The position numbers were made by a program, and so were the translations under genes. Shown piece by piece: positions 22,968 through 33,984 of a stretch of DNA of 41,381 bases; the stretch's first letter is position 1, and each line of letters begins with the position of its first letter. Source of the stretch: Malacoraja senta. Taxonomy: Eukaryota. The notes under the pieces were generated by a model. That model saw only the letters and a list, made by a program, of their open reading frames with translations. It made no database searches and was not told where the DNA came from. Location of the stretch: assembly GCA_038087875.1 (NCBI GenBank), contig JAXLNO010000396.1:124001-165381 (forward strand), in the 5' to 3' direction.

Positions 22968-23092
22968 AGGCTGAAGGTCTCGACTCGAAACATCACCCAT
23001 TCTTTCTCTCCAGAGATGCTGCCTGTGCTGCTGAGTTTTTCTAGTTTTTAGTGTCTATCTTCAGTTTAAACCAGCATCTGCAATTCCTTCCT
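22968..23092 (+). mobile_element. PLE terminal fragment
   Basis: CTGAAGGTCTCGACTCGAAACATCACC...AGATGCTGCCTG...AAACCAGCATCTGC, homologous to 5911-6030. Confidence 0.7.
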
Positions 23093-24077
23093 ACACTATT
23101 TGTTAAGCAAAACAGGTCCTATTCTCATTATATACTTTTGTGATCAGCGTGAGAGCATGAGAGTTTTGTGAAATGCGTGAGTCTCACGCTCAATGCGTGA
23201 GAGTTGGCAGCCCTGCTAATAATGCAAACATTTCATGCAAGTTCCAATTGTTTGGACAAAAATCACTTATTACTGCTTTATAACAGTTAAGTTACATTAA
23301 GACCATTTCAGAAATTATGGCATCAACAAAAAATCAACCAACAAATTAAAGCAAACTAAAAGAAAATAACATGTTCCCTTTCCTGACTACCTCAAAAGTA
23401 CTTTAACGCTGTTAACAGAGCAGGGATATTAATCTCAAGAATCAAAATGGGGAAAGTGAGGGCAATTTTGCTTTAATGGTCATTCTAAGCCCATTCAGAT
23501 CTGCATAGAGTCAGAGTTATACAACATGTACATGGCTGGCCCAATTTGTCCATAATGATCAAGTTGGCATTCTGCGTGGCCAGGGACTGGTTGCCGTTCC
23601 CAGATCAGCTCGCGTCCCAGGGACTGGCTGCAGTTCTCAGGTTGGCTCGCCTGCTTCGGACCCGCGAAAACGAATTTAAAAACCCCCCGCGGTTTTTCAG
23701 GTTAGGGGCCGGATTCGGCCCGTGTGCCGTAGGTTGCCGAACCCTGTCCTAGATGTTTGGCCTCATTGTGGTCCCCTCCCCATGTTTTACAACCAATTCA
23801 CCTGGCTAGTTCTATCTCCGCCTGCTGCATGTTGTCGGCGGCTGCACATCCAACCAAGAAAGAACAGAAGAGAAGAGATGCGACGTCACTCACAGCCGCC
23901 AACTGACGCTCTTCCACAGACTGCACAGATCGCTGTGATGTGGCGCAAAAGAGACAAACTGTGCAGGGACTGAAGGCAGCGTGAGAATTCTGTCATCAGC
24001 GTGAGCATTGGCTGAAATGCGTGACTCTCATGCTCAAAGCGTGAGAGTTGACAGCCCTGTCTTCGGCCAGGATGTGA

Positions 24078-24572
24078 TAACAGACACACAGGGAGACACA
24101 TACACAAAGGAAGACACACACACACACACACACACACACAGGGAGACAGACACACACACACAGGGAGACAGACAGACACACACACGGGGACACACACACA
24201 CACACACAGACACACATACACACAGGGAGACAAACAACAAACACGGGGAGACACACACACAGGGAGACACACACACAGGGAGACACACACACACACACAG
24301 GAAGACACACACACACAGGGAGACACACACACACACAGGGAGACACACACACAGGGAGACACACACACAGGGAGACGCACACACAGGGAGACAGACACAC
24401 AAGCACACACACACACACCTTTTCTTCCCCCTCCCACCATCCACCCCTTCCTCCCTCCTGCCCCCATCCTTCCCTCTTTCCCCCCCTCCCTCTTTCTCCA
24501 CTTTCTTCTTTCCTTCCTTCATCCCCTTTCTACATTCCCTCTCCTTGTCTCGCTTTGCCTCCACCCCTCCCT

Positions 24573-24606
<34 letters not shown>

Positions 24607-24630
24607 TTCCCCCCTCCGTCTCTCTCCCCG
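24078..24630. repeat. (CA)n/CAGGGAGACACAC minisatellite followed by a CT-rich tract
   Basis: Directly visible low-complexity repeats. Confidence 0.95.
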
Positions 24631-25240
24631 GCTGCCCAATGGGGAGTCTGGCGGGCACGGTGTAGCGTGGATTGGCGGCGCTGGCGCTGCGTGTGAGTTG
24701 AAGGGCAGGAGGGAGGGATGGAGGGAGGGAACGAGGCTGCAGCAGCGGCCGGTAGCGCAGCACTCACAGCCGGCACATAGAGCTGCTGACACCCGGCGGC
24801 TGCACATCCAACCAAGAGAGAGGAGACGCGACTTCACTCACAGCCGGCAACCGACGCACTTCCCCAGACCGTGCAGATCCCTGGCACGCGGCGCAAAGGG
24901 ACAAACTGTGCAGGGACTGAACTCAGTGTGAGAACTCGGTCATGAGCGTGAAGGTGGGAGAATTTGCTCCAAGGCGTGATTCTCACGCTGAAAGCGTGAG
25001 AGTTGGCAGCCCTGTCATATTCTTCATGCTGGTCGATTTTTCTTTAAATCTGAAAAATAATTTTAAGGTTGTTTGCTGTCTTCGTCAAGTAGACATGATC
25101 AATTGAATAATAGCATGAATACTCTGAAGGAAATACTTAAAATGATTACATTGCAAAGGGATTTATCCACAGATATTTTGCACGGGTATGTTTAATGAAG
25201 TTGACCATAACAGATTAAGAGACTCTTTTATTTTTCAAAG

Positions 25241-25363
25241 GATTTAATGTACCAAAGCCAGAATTCATGACAAATTGGAGCAGAAGGCATCAAACCCAAG
25301 TATGCGAATCTAGCGATTCAGATGAGGATTGGACACCTAAACTTCTGACAAAAAATCCAAAAC
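25241..25363 (+). CDS. PRDM9: PRDM9-like post-KRAB exon
   Basis: TTTTTCAAAG acceptor; phase 1 gives GFNVPKPEFM...ESSDSDEDWTPK (compare PRDM9 RPAFM...EDSDEEWTP); donor AAC/GTGATT is less certain. Confidence 0.85.
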
Positions 25364-25692
25364 GTGATTTAAATTTGAAATATGTAATTGTTTGAAATAT
25401 ATAATTGTTTTTCAAATATAATTGATTCAAATCAATTTGGCCATTAGCCTATGGAATCTGTTGCAAGAGAGATGTTATACTTATCGTTGGAGTGGTGGGA
25501 TACTTGGTAAATTTAATAATTTTTCCCAATGTGTTATTCATGAAGTGCAAATTTACTTTTCCTAATTTTTACTTTCGTGATATGCTGCTTCCATTTTAAA
25601 CTCAAATACATGAATATATCCAGAATTGCCCAACAGAGATACAGTCTGTATTTTTCCAAAGCAGCACTGATGTGGCACTTTTTTTCCCTAAG

Positions 25693-25763
25693 GAGTGAAA
25701 ATCTTTAGGCCTCCTTTTAAGAATGAAAATGGCAAGAATACCGAAAGAAAGCTTGTCATAAAT
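25693..25763 (+). CDS. PRDM9: Probable PRDM9-like linker exon (RVKIFRPPFKNENGKNTERKLVIN)
   Basis: Polypyrimidine-TAAG acceptor, AAT/GTAAGA donor, open frame phase 1 to 0; weak protein similarity only. Confidence 0.55.
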
Positions 25764-27104
25764 GTAAGAACAGAAATTATTCCCAGGATAAAGGACGTGA
25801 GAATACGCTTTTATGAATTAACAGAGTGGCTCTACATTAGCATTTTATTTTCTACAAGATAGAAGTAACTGCTTTTTAGAAAAATCTTCATCACTGCTGT
25901 TGGAGTCAGGAGCTAATGTGGCACCTTCACGCCCACGTTGGTTCTGCATGCAGCCCATCACCGCTGGCGACTCGCCAGCAGCCTCACGAAAAGGTCCAGC
26001 CACAAGAGCTCAATAACAGCTCCAAGGTCAGAGGCAGTAATTGGCCTTATCTACACACTGGTTATGATTGTTGAGAATGTATGTAAAAGGGGCTTCTGGA
26101 ATAAACGTGACACGTGGTGTCTGGCTCAGCTAAGTATCGGTTGTTCTTTGCTTTCTGTCCTGGGATTCAATGGATCGTACACTAACATTCACAAATATAT
26201 TTTTTATTGTTGAAAGAGGGTCAATTGTTCCCACATGTTCCTACATTTGCTGACAATATCAAACTTCCTTTTAGAGTAGAGTATGAAAGGTGAGAAATCA
26301 CTGAAATATTGCACACTAGGCAAATTGCTTTTATTAGTAATTTAGTTGTATCCCAGTTAATAATACGATGGAAGAAATTATCATAATCATACTTTATTAG
26401 CCAAGTATGTTTTGCAACATACGAGGAATTTCATTTGCCATACAGTCATAGCAATAAAAAGCAACAGAACACACAAAATACACTTTAACATAAACACCCA
26501 TCACTGTGACTCCTCCACATTCCTCACTGTGATGGAAGATGAAAAAATAGTAAGATTAAACGAGAACTTACCAAGTTTGAAGTTTGATCTTTATTTTATG
26601 AGGAGTAACGTTGAGGGATTACGTGAAGAAGCCCCGTCCAGCCGCACACGCGTCAATCTTTCAAAGCAGCGGAGTGACAATCACAGACGATAATTACTGA
26701 AGTATGATAGTAAGATGCATAAAAACTTAGAACTACCAGCTTGATCTTTTTATGAGGGTGGGAGCGGAGGGCACGTAATCCCTCAACGTTACTCCTCATA
26801 AAATAAAGATCAAACTTCAAACTTGGTAAGTTCTCGTTTAATCTTACTATTTTACTTCGGAGTCACGTGAGTGACTACGTGAAGATTTCAAAGCTCTGTG
26901 ATTTCACACCGTGGATTCAAATCCAGGTGTTCACTGCATCGATTGACTCTATTTGAGTAAGCACAATCAACAATGCATAACCACAACATTTGAATGTAAT
27001 CAGTTAATGGTTTTATTTATTTTAATAAAAATAACTAAAATTAGGCCCATTTATAATGGGGGATTTAATACTGTATCCAGCACGGCATCACCAAACCCTC
27101 TGAG

Positions 27105-27993
27105 ATCTTTAATCTCCTTGTGGTAATACTTGTGAAACATCTGTTCACTTGCCCATCCTGCGGCCGCGAGAATAAGGTCTATTGGTACGCTGAATCCCTG
27201 GCCGCTGATGTTGATGCCGCCCCCGCGGAATGAGATTTAAATTTATCAGTATCAATACCTGAATATCTCAACACCTGTTTCAACCATCGTGAAATTGTTT
27301 GTGTTGATACTTTCTTATGAGGCTTTTTATGACTAATAAAAAATGCCAATTCGGCGCCTCTTAAAACTTTTGTTGTTTCTATGTAACATTTCACATATGT
27401 TACTACACACAGTCGTGAATCTGTAGGTAATGCTAAAAATTCCAACTTGCATCCTGTGGACTCAGGTCTACTTTGCTTCAGTAAATCATAGACATAGAAT
27501 GTCACGGTATTTTGCCCTACTTTCATTCTATCAATTCTGAGTTTCTGTAATGTTTGAACTCTCTGCGCTGAAACTAATGCCATGAGCATAACCAATTTCA
27601 TGGTAATTTTGGATAATGACAGGGTTTCAACTGGATTCCAACTCCTTAGGAACATCAGTACATCTTTTACATTCCAAATTTCTGTATACCTGGGTCTGGG
27701 AGGATTAGAGTTGAAATTCCTTTCATAAACCTACAGACCCAAGGATGTTCGCCAATTGGAGTTTGTTCTGATTCACTGCTTAAATATGCAGAGAGTGCAC
27801 TTCGTGCAGTATTAATTACACTATAACTTAATTTCAATTCATAGTGTAGAGTTGAAAGAAACTCTATTACATCTGAAATTTCTACTGTGTTATATGCAAT
27901 ATTCTTTCCTGAACAGAACACCTCCCATTTCTTTATATAGGAAATGTACTGCTTCTGGGTACTATTCCTCCAGGCTGCTGTCATAACCTCCAC
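27105..27993 (-). pseudogene. DIRS tyrosine recombinase, frameshifted
   Basis: WRNSTQKQY..YIKKW, INTARSALS, ALVSAQRVQTL, LLKQSRP, FKSHSAGAASTS, then AAAGWASEQMFHKYY in another frame. Confidence 0.88.
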
Positions 27994-28029
27994 CGTACGG
28001 TCTGTCCTTTTCCAAGATATGCCTTCTTA

Positions 28030-29880
28030 GAATCTGCAAATCAACAAACCAATACGATTATGTAAAGGATGTGATTCATTAGTCACAGGGTGTACAAGCA
28101 GTTCAATCTGCTTTGGAATAACCATAAAGGGGTTTTTGATCATTTTTAACACCAGTGGGTACCATACCTGTGTAGGCCAATCTGGTACTACCAAAATCCC
28201 TGAGGCTTGAATCTTGTTTAATATTCTGTATGCATTTGTGGATTAAACAAAATGGTGGAAAAGCATACAGAAACATACCACCCCAATGTAGCGAGAAAGC
28301 ATCCACCACTACTGCTCCAGGATCAGGTTCCCATGACACATACTTAGTCAACTGGTGGTTCAATCTTGATGCAACCAGATCACTTTCTGGCATTCCAAAT
28401 TGTGTGATAATTTGTGTGAATATTTTCCGATTTAACATCCATTCTGTATTATCATTAAATTTACGTGATCTTTTGTCTGCAATTGTATTAATTTTTACCT
28501 GGTAAATATATTGCTGACAGCCAAATTTTTCTGGCAATACCCCAGGTCCAAATTTCATTTGCCAATTTATCACATGATTCTGATTTTATACCACCCATGT
28601 GATTTATGTATGCTACAGCTGTAGTATTGTCAACCTGTACCTGAACATGCACATTTCCCATATCAGTGCAATAAGCTCTAAGGCCATAAAATGCGCCTAA
28701 TAGCTCTAGATAATTGATTCTCAGATTTTCCAGCAAAGGTACTTCATTCACATTCCACCTACCTCCACAGCTGGAAATCATGTTAGTAGCGCCTCAACTC
28801 AGCACACTTATATCAGTCTGTAGAGTGACGGAAGGTGTTTCTACCAGAACTTTTCTGGAAGCATTAGAAACATTGTTAATCCACCATTCTATTTCTGTAA
28901 TGGATTGAATTGTTTATTTCATGGGCCTATCAAAATGCCCTCTATTCATTTTTAACGCTTGTACCTTAGCTCTCTGTAAACATTGATAATGCAATGGTCC
29001 AAACGTGACCGCTGGAAACCCTGCAATTAATTTGCCTAGCAAACTTGCCACTTCTCTAATTGAAGGTGTGTCCTCGTTAATGGGTTTTATGCAACCTTCA
29101 ATTAACTGCAGCTTTTTATCTTTTGGAAAAGTGATTACCATGTGTTCGGAGTTAATTGTGAACCCTAGGTAATCAATCTTTTTGCTTGGTAACAATTTAG
29201 ATTTTTGTAGGTGAATAATGAAACCTAATTTCTCAAAATGTATTTGACTCTGGATACTGACAATTTTGCAGCAGCCAAAGTGTCCCCTACAATGAGGATA
29301 TCATCTAAATAAGCCATTAATACATGGCCCTCAGCTCTTAACAGAGCTAACATTTGGTTTGAGCAATTTAGTGAATAATCTTGGTGCTGAAATCTGACCA
29401 AGCAGAATAATATGCATTTAGCAGATCTATGCTTGCCTTATAGCAATTCTTTGTGACTAGCTAAATGGCATTAGTAAATGTTTCCATTTTGAAATGTTTC
29501 TATTGTACATAAAGGTTAAGATTTGTCAGATTGGAAATGATTCTATATCCACCATCCCTTTTCTAGGAGAATATTCCTAGGAGAATATTTGACACAAACT
29601 GATGGTGTTGTTCTCCTGACATTTATATCATCCTTTTCTGCATAAAGTTTTTCAATTGTCCTTTGATCAACCCATTCTCTTCCTTTGAGAAAATCCGTGA
29701 CCAGTTTGAATTATGCTGAATTGGAGGATCCAAACGTGGAGAGAACTCAAATTTGAATCCTACAATGCTACATAGAATAAATGAATCATTTGTTATTGAT
29801 TGCCATTCTTTTAGGAAGAATCGTAACCTTCCCCCTATTTGTGAGTGTGAAACATTTGTTGTGTTTCTTACCAGACCAAG
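28030..29880 (-). pseudogene. DIRS pol remnants: RT, RNase H and DNA N6-adenine methyltransferase-like domain
   Basis: GGRLRFFLKEW, AYLDDILIVG (~29290-29320), IDYLGFTINS, INYLELLGAF, VDNTTAVAYINHMGG, DLVASRLNHQL...DAFS..W...YAFPPF. Confidence 0.88.
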
Positions 29881-32496
29881 CCCCCTAACCTCGGGGTTTG
29901 CCACCGGCAGTTGTTGTCCCCTTCTAGTAGGCACATTGTAACCTCCACGTATCCTCGGTGCAGCACGTCAACGTGTATACAAGAATGATAGGATTGTTCC
30001 TTCTCCAGCACCACATTTCGCCTGTAGGGATACTGCCTTCTCACCGCTCTGCTCAGCATATGTGATCCTTTAGTTTCTTTGCTAGATTTTCTCCAAAACA
30101 GATTTAGGCATTTGTATATTGCATGGTTTGCAGAGCCTGCATACTTAGGATGAATATTTGATCTTATTGCATTTTTATGAATACAATTTATTTCAAAGTG
30201 CACACTATACATGAGTGCTACATTTTGTTGTGAATACGATATATAACCTTCATCCAACCACTGACCCCAGAAATTTCAGCACTTGCGTAATTTCAATTCT
30301 TGTGAGCGTAAACCACTGCTCAAATTACCCATATCAAGTTATTCACTGCTGTAACTGCTACAATTTCCCGGGTCTCATATTTTTTGATAGTCTCATCTAT
30401 GGTTAATTCCTGGGCTGATGGGAGAGTAGATAATTTATAGTCATAGCTATTTCCTCTCTCAAAGGTTCCCTTGTTACTCTGGGAACAGCAAAGTTTTGTG
30501 CCAGCCTTGGAACATTTTCGGCTCTGATAATGGGCTCTGGTCCTCATTTAAATCATCATCTAAATCTAGATATTCATTTTTATGTTGGGTAATTTCTGGC
30601 TCTCCTGTTTCAGGTAAGTCTCTGCCAGATTCCCCCTGCGCGGGCTCTCTTGTAGGCCCACGGACAGGCAGCCCTGCTTCAGGTGCTGCTGGCGCTGGCT
30701 CAATTCTAGGCCAACGCTTCATTATTTTTACACTTTATATTTGTCGGTGCTGGCACATTTATCATTGCACGTTTGTGCTGCCTTTTGTTCAGGCATTTCT
30801 AGTACTGGCTCTCCAATAGGCCAACACATAACTTGCCTTTTTTCTGGCATTTTTGGGCACTGGCTCTCCTGTAGGCCAACCTCTTTAATGTTTCTGCACA
30901 GGCACTGATGGCTCTCCTGTAGGCCACCCTTGTGCCTGTTCCAAGGCACCTCCTGTGCTATACTTCATTGGCCAACACCGACTTAAATCCTCCTGTGGGG
31001 GTTCTTGACAAATCATCTGCCCCATAAGGAGTTAAAACGTTTTTTAACCCTTGCAGTGTAATACTCTTTCCTGCCTGAGGAGGGCATACCTCCGGGTCTG
31101 ACTCATCCGAGTCTACAGGTCGGGCCGATTTTTTTTTTTTTTTTTCTCAGCCTTGCGCCCGCCCGCGGCGGTTTAACGCACATTCGACCACAACGGGAGC
31201 TAATGGCTTCGCTGCCACTGACTCCTCTGAGTGACGCCCGCTACCCTTAGGATCTGGGGTTTTACTACGGTGCGTCCCTGGCCTCTCCTTCCCATTTTTC
31301 TATAATAAACTTGTGTGGAGCTCCACCAGCAAGTCTAAACGGGAAAGGAAACGCTCCTGTAAGTGAAAAGCAACTCCACTTACCTTCCGACTTTTGTTTT
31401 ACTTTTGTTTTACTCACCCGCTGGAGGAGCTCCTGCTCCTCCACACACGGTCATGAACGCTATGCGTCTGATCGATAATGACGCGTGTGCGGCTGGACGG
31501 GGCTTCTTCACGTAGTCACTCAGGTGAATCCGAAGTAAAATGTTCAATCTCTTCCCTTCTTTGTTCTCTCGCCGTCGGGGGCCACGAGCCTTCCGTTGAT
31601 GGGGCGATCTTGGCTCCCGTAGCCAGTGGTCGGGCTCTCCGCATCGGGGCAATCAGTCCCCTGCATTGGGGGGGAATCTCAGCTCCCCCGCGCTGGGTGA
31701 TCTGACCCCGGGTCGGGGCTGGTCGAAACCTTCTGCGACTGGAGCTTCCCAATATACCTCTACCCGAGACTGTGAGCTCCTCGATGGTGAAATCTGCAGG
31801 CTGCATTTGGAGCATCGATCCCAGGCAAGGGATTGGCTCCGATGGCAAGTCCATCACCCCGTGGTGGAGCTCAAAGTCAGTCCCGAGCAAGGCCTCCTGC
31901 TCCATGGTGTTAGGCCGCAGAGTGACCGGAGATATGATCCGGAAAACAATCGCATCTCCGGCAAGGTAGGAGATTGACAAAATGTTTCCCCCCCACCACC
32001 ACCCCTCGCCCACCCCCCACATAAAACAAACCAGGGAATATTAACACATACTTTTAAAACTCACTAAAAATAACAAAAAAAAAGAAAACACAGACAGACA
32101 GTTGGTGAGGCTACTATCGTACGGCGCCCCTGGTGGAAATAATCAAGAAGTAGAAACAATTTATTTGTGTCCTTATGAATCACAGTTTGCACCAAATTGT
32201 CTCATTACAGGTCATAAAATATTTGGGAGGATCCACTCAGGAAATGAAGTAAGACACAGTGTTGGTTAAAAGAATCAAAAGAGCAACAGGTAATTCTGTT
32301 TGTAAAATTGAAACTCAAAATGAGTGACTCCTGTACATTACAGTAAATAATTGAGATGAGATAATGACCTTCTGACTGCCACCATGTCAATTAAATTCAA
32401 TTCATAGAATATGTTGCATATTATGTAACTTCCAAATTTTACAGTTTAACCACATATCTGACGAAACATGTAATTAGGTTATTTTTGGCTTTCTTT

Positions 32497-32560
32497 CTAA
32501 GAAATAAGGAGAGGATAATTTACACAGAATAAAGGGAGCTCCGTGATGACGATTACCTTT
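32497..32560 (+). pseudogene. PRDM9: PRDM9-like SSXRD exon (3' part) with in-frame stop
   Basis: LRNKERIIYTE*RELRDDDYL then donor T/GTATGT; compare LRERK..Y.E..EPQDDDYL; acceptor not determined. Confidence 0.85.
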
Positions 32561-32773
32561 GTATGTCCAAAGTAACCAATCTATTTCTTCAGAGCAACCC
32601 TATTTCATTGGGAGCATTGTAGTGATGGCACGGTGCATGGTAGCCAATGCAATGGTGGAACAATCCAATTCAAGAGCACTGAATTGTGTTTGCTCATGAA
32701 CTAATTTTTCTTTTAACATTAATCAATAACGCCAACACCCTGATTTGTTCTTATTTTGTATTTTCCATTTTAG

Positions 32774-33039
32774 TTTGTGAAGCCTGCGAGACATTTATAA
32801 TTGAAGAATGCCCTGTGCATGACCCACCAGCCTTTATGAAGGACTTTGTCGTTAATTCCAATCACTCAGAGAGAGCACTCTTCCAGAGGGTCTCAGTATT
32901 GCCCCGTCCAAAATTCGTAAAGCTGGTCTTGACGTCTGGAATGAAGGGAATGGGTCTTCTCAGGGGCATTCACTTTGGATCCTATGAAGGAGAGGTTTCA
33001 AGTGAAGAAGAAACTGCTGTCAGTGGATATTCATGGGTA
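32774..33039 (+). CDS. PRDM9: PRDM9-like Zn-knuckle plus PR/SET N-terminal exon (internal compensating frameshifts)
   Basis: TTTTAG/...GTA/GTAAGT; CEACETFIIEECPVH knuckle; LPEGLSIAPSKIRKAGLDVWNEG in a shifted frame; HFGSYEGEV...GYSWV. Confidence 0.92.
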
Positions 33040-33801
33040 GTAAGTGACTACAATAGTTAATAATGGAAAATGCTCAACAGGTTTGACAACATTTGTTGAT
33101 GAAAGATTATCATCCTGAAATGTGAGCTGTGTTTTGTCCCACAGAGATGCTGTCTGACTTGCTGGGTATCTCCTGAATTCTCCGTTTTAATTACAATTTT
33201 TTTGTAGCTGAATTATTTTACATTTTAAAGATTGTAATCAAGTTTCTTACTAATAAGGACACAGTTCAAAGCTAACTGAAAATATTTTCTGTTAGATTCT
33301 TAATTACATGTTTCCATTTGCATTGGTTGTCAATGTGAATAAAGACTGAAGCCTCTGTGTTCTTTGTCCCTCTCTTTTGTTCCAGTGATTCTCGCTTCAC
33401 TGCTCAGACTGGCAATCCTCTCCCTCACCCATCTCTGAGCTAAATCAGTGCTCCATCTCTTCCCGCTCTGCTGCCCCGCTTTCACCTTGATGTATGACGT
33501 CATTGTTTGAGAATGCATTGAATATTTCTGACCAGTAAGAAATCATTAGAACAGTGCATTACCAAATTAAAGAACCTATTACAACCCGACAAAGCTCCTT
33601 GAAATTGTACAAAATATTAATTATATTATTTAGTTGCCATTTGATTTAATTCGCAGGAATTTTGGAGTTCTCTGATATAAAAGTAATTAAGTAAAATAGA
33701 TTAAGTGGTAGTTAGTTGAAGGCATAATACTGCAAACTGTGTAAGGCTCACGTTTATTTTCTTTATCAATATGTTTTTTTTAACCAAATATCTTTTTATA
33801 G

Positions 33802-33869
33802 ATCAGTAAGGGAAACAATGACACTGAATACATTGATGCAAAGGATGAATCTAAATCGAACTGGATGAG
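33802..33869 (+). CDS. PRDM9: PRDM9-like 68-bp PR/SET exon
   Basis: TTTTTATAG/ISKGNNDTEYIDAKDESKSNWMR/GTAAGG; carries the NWMR motif. Confidence 0.93.
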
Positions 33870-33984
33870 GTAAGGAAAGACCAATGCTGATCATAATAAT
33901 AAGTAATAACTGGGTTATTTAAAAAAGGGACACAAGAGACTGCAGATGCTGGAATCTAGGACTAAAAGCAAATTTTAAGAGGAA

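Larger units (their letters stand above)
20370..25014 (+). mobile_element. hAT-like non-autonomous DNA transposon region: one left end, three right ends, nested inserts
   Basis: CAGGGCTGCCAAC at 20370-20382; GTTG(G/A)CAGCCCTG ending at 23215, ~24059 and 25014; no transposase seen. Confidence 0.55.
26549..31541 (-). mobile_element. DIRS1-type tyrosine-recombinase retrotransposon; complete termini, ORFs decayed
   Basis: RT, RNase H, methyltransferase-like and YR remnants; 36-bp perfect ITR (26620-26655 / 31479-31514); internal complementary region 26772-26885. Confidence 0.93.
26384..32135 (-). mobile_element. Non-autonomous retroelement (26384-26548 plus 31542-32135) hosting the DIRS insertion
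   Basis: AATAAA plus ATGATT tail on - near 26384; candidate TSD GAAATTATCA (26374) / GAAATAATCA (32136). Confidence 0.55.
14437..33869 (+). pseudogene. PRDM9: PRDM9-like gene (KRAB, SSXRD, Zn knuckle, PR/SET); probably disabled; 3' part not seen
   Basis: Seven exons in PRDM9 domain order, with matching phases across the junctions I could test; TAA at 32530; two frameshifts in the PR/SET exon. Confidence 0.85.

Noticed and set aside
23886..24931. Long CV- and HT-rich ORFs
   Set aside because: Microsatellite translations.
25859..26132. Possible further PRDM9 linker exon after TTTTCTACAAG
   Set aside because: The expected phase-0 frame stops after 6 codons and there is no conserved motif; could be a decayed exon but unsupported.
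31516..32022. 168-aa ORF beside DIRS
   Set aside because: Lies in the host repeat, crosses the DIRS boundary and has no domain.
32211..32289. Possible small exon (TTACAG ... CAG/GTAATT)
   Set aside because: Splice-like ends but stops in all three frames and no homology evidence.
32686..33060. 124-aa ORF as a standalone gene
   Set aside because: It is the PR/SET exon plus intronic flanks.
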